Shown here piece by piece: positions 1-4,936 of a stretch of 10,306 nt of DNA. Below the pieces are notes generated by a model, which saw nothing but the letters and a program-made list of their open reading frames with translations, had not been told where the DNA came from and searched no databases. The stretch is from Bdellovibrionota bacterium (GTDB lineage Bacteria > Bdellovibrionota_C > UBA2361 > JBGSMV01): NCBI GenBank assembly GCA_044356455.1, contig JBIKWF010000137.1:1-10306 (forward strand), given 5' to 3'. Numbering within the stretch: the first letter of the stretch is position 1; the number at the start of each line of letters is the position of its first letter. The position numbers and the translations under genes were made by a program.

Positions 1-649
1 TGCGTTTTCCAAGTCCAAGAAAATCAGTCTCAACGAGGACTGCGGAAAGATTTCGCTTTCCCGCGCTTTGGTTGTAGTTAAACTGAGGAATGAACGTCCA
101 CACATCCTGAGCGCGCACATGAAGGTCGACGAAATCTCCATCGGCGGTGGGAATGATTTGGATTCTGCGCAGGTATTTAAGGTCTCGTAGGCGACGTTCG
201 CTTTCGAAGACAAGGAAATCATCGAAGGCTTCGCCCTCTCGTAAGAGGAGCTCTCGGCGGAGAACCTCATGCTTCGTATTCATCTTCGCTCGGTTGGCGG
301 TGCGATAGATTAAGTTGGTTGGATCTTCAAAGATGTCCTGGACATCGATAGTGATGGAACGAATAGTTTTGCCCTGCAGCTCGGGATAGCGTGGTTGCCG
401 AGCGACCTCCGGGTTGTGATCTGAGGCCTCCGAGGTCAAGGGAGAGGTTGGACTCGGGGATTGGGACTGCGCCTCCTGCGCCGTAGGGAAAGCCGCAAGA
501 AGAAGGGCTGCGCTTAAAGAGAGGAGCGCGGAAAGTTTTCTGAGCCGGGGGGGCTGATTTAGGGAGCAAGGTCTTAAGGTACACGAGGAGGTTCCTTGCT
601 CAGCTCTTATGCTTTGAAAAGGTGCGTGCGTGCTTGTTCGATAGTTCAT
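1..649 (-). CDS. Partial (3' end runs off the window) Omp85/BamA-TamA family outer membrane protein with POTRA-like domain
   Basis: Manual translation from ATG at 649 is open to the window edge: MNYRTSTHAPFQSIRAEQGTSSCTLRPCSLNQPPRLRKLSALLSLSAALLLAAFPTAQEAQ...GKTIRSITIDVQDIFEDPTNLIYRTANRAKMNTKHEVLRRELLLREGEAFDDFLVFESERRLRDLKYLRRIQI...VDLHVRAQDVWTFIPQFNY...LVETDFLGLGKR. It shows a signal-peptide-like hydrophobic stretch, a POTRA-type T..VLRRELL.REG..F...ESERRLR.L pattern, and an E..FLG.G motif typical of the first Omp85 barrel strands. An in-frame TAG lies shortly upstream of the ATG. Confidence 0.85.
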   Translation of the reverse strand, partial: MNYRTSTHAPFQSIRAEQGTSSCTLRPCSLNQPPRLRKLSALLSLSAALLLAAFPTAQEAQSQSPSPTSPLTSEASDHNPEVARQPRYPELQGKTIRSITIDVQDIFEDPTNLIYRTANRAKMNTKHEVLRRELLLREGEAFDDFLVFESERRLRDLKYLRRIQIIPTADGDFVDLHVRAQDVWTFIPQFNYNQSAGKRNLSAVLVETDFLGLGKR

Positions 650-670
650 GAAGCCCCGGAGACCAATGCG

Positions 671-708
671 AAGAATCTATTGCCAAGAATCTACTGTAAA
701 CTTTTACA
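671..708. promoter_or_regulatory. Candidate operator sites in divergent promoter region
   Basis: Direct repeat AAGAATCTA at 671-679 and 685-693, followed by the inverted repeat TGTAAA-CT-TTTACA at 695-708, between divergent genes. Confidence 0.3.
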
Positions 709-777
709 CCCCTCGTATGCTCTGGCAACCTATCAAAATGATTGAGGAGTTGGTCGCCTTAGTCTACTCTTATTCAG

Positions 778-1878
778 GTGTCCCAAAAGGCTGGGAGGGC
801 TCGTTTTTACCGTATGAATAGTCTCACACCGAGTCTTACACAGAGTCTTTCACCGGGCGTTTCGCTCCCGCAGGGACATCCTGACACCGTTTTGGTTGCC
901 TCAGAGGCTACCTTTTTCCCAGTGCCGGCCTGTGACCATTATGCGGGCACTGAGCGCTTCATCCTTAAGGCCTTTGCTCTTCAGAAAGCTTTGGGTGTTC
1001 CTTTCGACGTGACCTGTGATTTGGAGGACGGGGCGTCGGTGGGGAACGAGATGGCCCACGCGAGTAGGGTTTGCGGCTTGATTGAGGAGAGCTGGGGAGT
1101 CTCGCAGCCATCCCCTTCGCCAGGGAACGGCTCACGAGTCGGATTACGAATCCATGACCTGGGTAGTCCGTATTGGTCGAAGGACCTCGAATGGGTAGTG
1201 CCACGCGTAGGTCGCCTCATTTCTTATGTGACGGTTCCCAAGGTCAGGTCTCTTGGTGACGTCGTAACCGTTTCTCGAGTGGTATCCGAGCTTGCTCGTC
1301 GATCCGGGAGGGCGGAGCCTCTTCCTTTGCATGTGCTGATTGAAACTCCTAAGGCACTTCACGAAGTATGGAGTATTGCCGCTCATCCAGCGGTGCGCGT
1401 GCTTGATTTTGGATTGTTGGACTTTATGAGTGAGCATAACGGCTCTATCCCTGAAGCCTGCATGCGAAGTCCGGGGCAGTTTGAGCATGCTCTGCTTCGG
1501 AGAGCAAAAGCCGAGATTTGCGCCGCAGCTGCTGCGCACGGGAAAGTAGCGGCCCACAACATCACTACGGATGTTTCTAACCCCGAGGCAGCCTTCCAGG
1601 ATGCGCGGCGCGCGCGAGATGAATTCGGCTTTCTTCGTATGTGGAGTATTCATCCTTCGCAGGTGGAGCCGATACTGAGGGCGATGGTCCCCGAGTTCTC
1701 CCAGGTCGCGCGCGCAGGGGCGATACTTCTTGCCGCCCGTAAGAGTAGTTGGGGGCCCATTCGATTTGAAGGGCAACTTCACGACAGAGCGTCATACCGC
1801 TACCTTTGGGCGCTACTTAAGCGTGCGCGTCAATTCAACGTGGCGCTGCCGGGGGATGTGCTTGAGGCTTTCTTCTAA
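778..1878 (+). CDS. HpcH/HpaI aldolase / citrate lyase beta (CitE-like) family protein, probable acyl-CoA lyase
   Basis: 366-aa ORF with DLEDG, VLIET, LDFGLLDF and WSIHPSQV motifs matching the CitE-superfamily TIM barrel. The N-terminal P-ACDHYAG-E and C-terminal WGPI...LHDRASYRY segments fit a recognisable subfamily. The real start may be ATG 814 rather than GTG 778. Confidence 0.88.
   Translation: MSQKAGRARFYRMNSLTPSLTQSLSPGVSLPQGHPDTVLVASEATFFPVPACDHYAGTERFILKAFALQKALGVPFDVTCDLEDGASVGNEMAHASRVCGLIEESWGVSQPSPSPGNGSRVGLRIHDLGSPYWSKDLEWVVPRVGRLISYVTVPKVRSLGDVVTVSRVVSELARRSGRAEPLPLHVLIETPKALHEVWSIAAHPAVRVLDFGLLDFMSEHNGSIPEACMRSPGQFEHALLRRAKAEICAAAAAHGKVAAHNITTDVSNPEAAFQDARRARDEFGFLRMWSIHPSQVEPILRAMVPEFSQVARAGAILLAARKSSWGPIRFEGQLHDRASYRYLWALLKRARQFNVALPGDVLEAFF
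820..855 (+). repeat. Imperfect 12-bp tandem repeat x3 in the N-terminal coding region
   Basis: AGTCTCACACCG / AGTCTTACACAG / AGTCTTTCACCG, encoding SLTP-SLTQ-SLSP. Confidence 0.6.
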
Positions 1879-1998
1879 GGAACCTCTGAAAAAGTCTACT
1901 CTGTGAACTCTGTGGTTGATTTAAATCGTTGAAAAACCACAGAGGGCACAGAGTTCACAGAGAGAAAAAATAAAATATCGAGGTTTTTCATAGGCTCC
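1879..1998. mobile_element. MITE-like nested palindromic element, copy 1 (120 bp)
   Basis: Left TIR GGAACCTCTGAAAAA (1879-1893) and right TIR TTTTTCATAGGCTCC (1984-1998, 2 mismatches), flanked by CTAA (1875-1878) and CTAG (1999-2002). Internal arms CTCTGTGAACTCTGTGGTT (1899-1917) and AACCACAGAGGGCACAGAGTTCACAGAG (1935-1962) surround a 17-nt loop. Confidence 0.8.
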
Positions 1999-2100
1999 CT
2001 AGCGGATTAGTGCTCCAGTGCTCCGACATCAAGAGAGTCGCGAGATTTACATTCCCCAAATCACAAAGTCCCAGTATCATTAGGGAATAGTGAGGGCCTC

Positions 2101-3852
2101 ATGACAAAGAAACACTTTTCACCTGACCTCAAGGCCAGTGTCGCCGAGGGATTCTTCTTGGGGACGATCGTCGAGGGCAACCTCTTCCCCTACCCAGAGA
2201 TGAAGAAGGAGGAAGCTGAGAATGTGCGCATGGTCATTGAATCGATAGACCGATTTATGGCCAACAAAGAGGAGCTCTATCGCACGTTTGACCGTGAGGG
2301 CAATCAGCCGGCTGACTACCTCGATAGTTTACGCGAGCTTGGACTCTTTGGCCTCATTATACCCGAAGAGTTCGATGGTCTGGGGCTTTCAAACGTGGCG
2401 TATTCACGTGTGCTGCAGCAGACCAGCCGCCTTGATGCTTCAACGTCCCTTACCATTGGAGCCCATAGCTCAATTGGCATAAAGGGGCTGCTATTGTTCG
2501 GTACGGACCAGCAGAAGAATAAATATCTGAAGAAGCTCGCCAGTGGCGAAATGATTGGGGCGTTCTGTCTCACAGAGCCAGGTTCAGGCTCGGATGCGGG
2601 GTCGATAAAAACAAACGCATCGAAGAACTCTGACGGCTCTTGGACTCTTAATGGAGAGAAAATCTGGATAACCAACGGCGCGACGGCCGATTTCTTTACT
2701 GTCTTTGCGCGCACTGAGGGGGAGAAAGGAAAGATAACTGCCTTTATTGTTGAGCGTGGGTTCCAGGGGCTAAGTACGGGAGCCAAAGAAGACAAGATGG
2801 GCATTCGGGCCTCAGCAACCACTACTGTGCGTTTCGATAACGTGAAGGTCCCAGCCGAGAACTTACTTGGAGAGGAAGGCAAGGGGTTCAAGGTCGCCAT
2901 GAATATTCTCAACAATGGTAGGACTGGGTTAGGCGGAGGATCGGTGGGCGGCATGAAGCGCTGCATCGAGCTTGCCTCAAAACAAGCAGTAGAGCGCAAG
3001 CAATTCGGGAAGAGCATCTCTGAATTTGAGCTCGTGCAGGAGAAAATAGCTCAGATGACGGTGCAGTGTTTTGCCACCGAAAGCGCAGTGAATATGCTCG
3101 GTCACTATGTCGATAGTGGCGTCGAGAATTTTTCCGTTGAAGCGGCCATCACTAAGGTGTTCGCCTCAGAATCACTCTGGGCGGTAGCGGATGAGGCCCT
3201 GCAGATTGCGGGTGGGAATGGATTCATGCGGGAATACCCGTATGAGCGCATCGTGAGGGACTCCCGTATCAATAGAATTTATGAAGGCACCAACGAGATC
3301 TTGCGGCTTTATATCGCCCTTACGGGGATGAAAGGAGCAGGTGAGTATCTAAAGGAGATTGGGAAGAGCGCTGGTCAAATTTTTAATGACCCGATTAAGG
3401 GCTTTGGCGTTCTCTCTGGTTATGTCCAAAAGCGCATGACTCAGCTTACCAGCGTAGGCCGGCAGAAACTTGAAAGAGTGCATCCCTTGCTCAGGTCGGA
3501 ATCAGAGGTTTTTGAGCTCTATGTGCTGCGCCTTTCGAAGGCAGTGAACGAGATCCTCCGTCGTTTGGGGAAGAATATCATTGGCAATCAACTTATCTCA
3601 AAGAGGGTAGCCGATATAACTATCGACCTCTTTGTCGGATTTTGTGTGCTTTCAAGGGTGACGAAGATGCTCGAAGAGAAGGGCGAAGCGCAGTGCGTGG
3701 ACGAGCTTCGCATCGCGCGCCTCTTTGCCCAGCAGGCGAAGCGCAGAATGAATTCAAACTTGCGGCGGCTAGAGAAAAACGAAGATGGAGATTTGAAGGG
3801 GCTGGCTCAGAGCATTTTTGGATCCGGGGGTTACCGCTGGGATGTCATTTGA
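2101..3852 (+). CDS. Acyl-CoA dehydrogenase, long (VLCAD/ACAD9-like) form
   Basis: 583 aa with GAFCLTEPGSGSD, LNGEKIWITNG, KMGIRAS, RKQFGK and RINRIYEGTNEILR (catalytic Glu) motifs, plus the extra C-terminal helical domain seen in VLCAD/ACAD9-type enzymes. GAGG lies just upstream of the ATG. Confidence 0.95.
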   Translation: MTKKHFSPDLKASVAEGFFLGTIVEGNLFPYPEMKKEEAENVRMVIESIDRFMANKEELYRTFDREGNQPADYLDSLRELGLFGLIIPEEFDGLGLSNVAYSRVLQQTSRLDASTSLTIGAHSSIGIKGLLLFGTDQQKNKYLKKLASGEMIGAFCLTEPGSGSDAGSIKTNASKNSDGSWTLNGEKIWITNGATADFFTVFARTEGEKGKITAFIVERGFQGLSTGAKEDKMGIRASATTTVRFDNVKVPAENLLGEEGKGFKVAMNILNNGRTGLGGGSVGGMKRCIELASKQAVERKQFGKSISEFELVQEKIAQMTVQCFATESAVNMLGHYVDSGVENFSVEAAITKVFASESLWAVADEALQIAGGNGFMREYPYERIVRDSRINRIYEGTNEILRLYIALTGMKGAGEYLKEIGKSAGQIFNDPIKGFGVLSGYVQKRMTQLTSVGRQKLERVHPLLRSESEVFELYVLRLSKAVNEILRRLGKNIIGNQLISKRVADITIDLFVGFCVLSRVTKMLEEKGEAQCVDELRIARLFAQQAKRRMNSNLRRLEKNEDGDLKGLAQSIFGSGGYRWDVI

Positions 3853-3868
3853 TGTTGGCTATTCCTAA

Positions 3869-3988
3869 GGAACCTCTGAAAAACAGCGCTATTTTATTTT
3901 TTCTCTCTGTGAACTCTGTGTCCTCTGTGGTTTTTTAACGATTTAAATCAACCACAGAGGGCACAGAGAGGACTTTTTCAGAGGTTCC
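3869..3988. mobile_element. MITE-like nested palindromic element, copy 2 (120 bp, inverted relative to copy 1)
   Basis: Perfect 15-bp TIRs GGAACCTCTGAAAAA (3869-3883) and TTTTTCAGAGGTTCC (3974-3988), with identical CTAA on both sides (3865-3868, 3989-3992), consistent with a 4-bp target duplication. Its reverse complement aligns to copy 1 without gaps, 11 mismatches in 120 by hand count. Confidence 0.88.
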
Positions 3989-3998
3989 CTAAGCATGG

Positions 3999-4026
3999 AT
4001 AGGTGCGGCCGCGAGGCCGCACCTAT
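3999..4026. terminator. Perfect 12-bp stem-loop between convergent genes (possible terminator or 3' stabiliser)
   Basis: ATAGGTGCGGCC-GCGA-GGCCGCACCTAT, 11 bp downstream of the small ORF stop on the minus strand. There is no clear adjacent U-tract on either strand. Confidence 0.55.
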
Positions 4027-4037
4027 GAAAAGAGTTT

Positions 4038-4193
4038 TTATGCGATAGCGAGAGACTTCTTCGAGGAAGCCTCGCTCGCGGTGTCGGCCGCATCTTCAAC
4101 GACCTTCTTCGTCACTTGTTCTTCTGAGGCGAGTGCTTTTTTTTCGATTGCTACTTGGGCTTGGGCGGGGGCTGCTGCTGGTTTAACTTCCAT
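4038..4193 (-). CDS. Small hypothetical protein (51 aa), YjfB-like central helix
   Basis: MEVKPAAAPAQAQVAIEKKALASEEQVTKKVVEDAADTASEASSKKSLAIA. GGAG lies 6 nt upstream of ATG 4193 (the track starts the ORF at 4226) and a strong hairpin follows the stop. QVAIEKKAL..EEQV resembles the Q-V-A-x-x-K-K-A-[LM] core of YjfB-type small proteins. Confidence 0.65.
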   Translation of the reverse strand: MEVKPAAAPAQAQVAIEKKALASEEQVTKKVVEDAADTASEASSKKSLAIA

Positions 4194-4399
4194 TCTGAAC
4201 TCCATTTCACGCCTTTGGGCGCACAATTGCGCCCTTGGGACGTACTTCCTTTAGACCAAAGAAGGGTCGTCGGGATTTTAGGTGTGCTTGAGATAAGGGG
4301 GCTCAGGTTAATAATTTGGGAAGATCTAGGAGTGGGTACTGCCGGAGGTGCAGTGATGCTCACGAAGGTGCACAAGGGTATTTTTCAGGGTTCGCCTAC

Positions 4400-4527
4400 G
4401 CAACCTCTGAAAATCTCCATTCCTAACACATCTCTGTGTACCTTCGCGCCCTCTGTGGTGAATTGCTTGATAAAATTTCACCACAGAGGACGCAGAGGTA
4501 CACAGAGGTGAGTTTTTCAGAATTCGA
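4400..4527. mobile_element. Degenerate MITE-like nested palindromic element, copy 3
   Basis: Left end GCAACCTCTGAAAAT (4400-4414) follows CTAC. The eroded right end begins TTTTTCAGA (4513-4521). Internal 31-bp arms at 4432-4462 and 4477-4507 (3 mismatches) surround a 14-nt loop. The right boundary is approximate. Confidence 0.65.
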
Positions 4528-4531
4528 GCCG

Positions 4532-4696
4532 CTATGCTTCCGTATCAACCTTCTGGCCGCGGCCGCTTGACTTATCTTGAGCGCGCGGTGGTTCTGGAGC
4601 GGCCTCCTGCTTTTCAATTTCAGGCGGCGGCGCCTTCTTCCTCTCGGGAGGAGGGGGAGGGGCTCTGCGGGGGGATTCTACTTCTTTAACTGCCAT
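4532..4696 (-). CDS. Small proline-rich hypothetical protein (54 aa), not in the ORF track
   Basis: Manual translation MAVKEVESPRRAPPPPPERKKAPPPEIEKQEAAPEPPRAQDKSSGRGQKVDTEA*. It fills the gap between two repeat elements, ends in a G-x-x-V-D-x-x-A motif, and has a sigma28-like promoter directly upstream. Confidence 0.7.
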   Translation of the reverse strand: MAVKEVESPRRAPPPPPERKKAPPPEIEKQEAAPEPPRAQDKSSGRGQKVDTEA

Positions 4697-4703
4697 GTAT
4701 GAA

Positions 4704-4730
4704 AGTTCGGCACGTGGCGCAAAGGTTGTA
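4704..4730 (-). promoter_or_regulatory. Putative sigma28 (FliA)-type promoter
   Basis: Minus strand TACA-N15-GCCGAACT versus consensus TAAA-N15-GCCGATAA. The -10 box ends 7 nt before ATG 4696 and no Shine-Dalgarno is visible. Confidence 0.4.
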
Positions 4731-4745
4731 ACATCTGGGGCCTAA

Positions 4746-4884
4746 GAAACTGTTTAAAACCGCCCTGCTTAATAGACCTCTGTGAACTCTGTGTCCTCTG
4801 TGGTTTTTCAACAACTTAAATCAACCACAGAGGACACAGAGTTCACAGAGAAAAAATAAATTAGCGATGTTTTCTGGAGGCTCC
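4746..4884. mobile_element. MITE-like nested palindromic element, copy 4 (139 bp, divergent left end)
   Basis: Flanked by CTAA (4742-4745) and CTAG (4885-4888). Perfect 28-bp internal inverted repeat CTCTGTGAACTCTGTGTCCTCTGTGGTT (4778-4805 / 4823-4850) with a 17-nt loop. The right tail AAAAAATAAATTAGCGATG-TTTTCTGGAGGCTCC resembles copy 1. The left end GAAACTGTTTAAAAC matches the consensus TIR at only 9 of 15 positions. Confidence 0.75.
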
Positions 4885-4936
4885 CTAGGTACGCAGAAGT
4901 GAGAATTGCAGTGATTCTCTAAGAATTAACCGTAGG

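Noticed and set aside
327..584. 85-aa minus-strand ORF
   Set aside because: It lies out of frame inside the longer Omp85/POTRA reading frame starting at 649.
1144..1782. 212-aa antisense ORF and other short ORFs inside the lyase, M23, HDAC and HDOD genes
   Set aside because: They are fully contained in well-supported genes and show no independent coding signals.
2046..2080. Sigma70 promoter TTTACA...TATCAT upstream of the dehydrogenase
   Set aside because: The 23-bp spacing is too long. Only the -10-like hexamer is plausible.
2316..3017. 233-aa antisense ORF
   Set aside because: Antisense shadow of the acyl-CoA dehydrogenase with no recognisable motifs.
3642..3938. 98-aa + strand ORF ending SVNSVSSVVF
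   Set aside because: It overlaps the dehydrogenase out of frame and reads into repeat copy 2. The peptide is a translation of the 9-bp units.
4230..4295. Sigma28 promoter for the 51-aa ORF
   Set aside because: Candidate TCAA/TAAA boxes do not pair with a convincing GCCGA -10 box at normal spacing.
4155..4617. ORFs 4155-4511 (+), 4151-4375 (-) and 4423-4617 (-)
   Set aside because: They overlap the better-supported small ORFs and/or run through repeat copy 3, giving repeat-derived peptides (HHRGRRGTQR, LCVLCG).
1879..4884. Repeats as a CRISPR array
   Set aside because: Copies are 120-140 bp, separated by whole genes at irregular distances and in mixed orientation. There are no unique 30-40 bp spacers and no cas genes.
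1879..4884. Repeats as integron attC sites in a cassette array
   Set aside because: No integrase is present, the enclosed genes lie in both orientations and include housekeeping-type enzymes, and I could not identify consistent RYYYAAC/GTTRRRY ends. TIRs plus a 4-bp duplication fit a MITE better.
4901..4919. Small hairpin GAGAAT-N7-ATTCTC downstream of the M23 gene as a terminator
   Set aside because: Short AT-rich stem with no U-tract on the minus strand.
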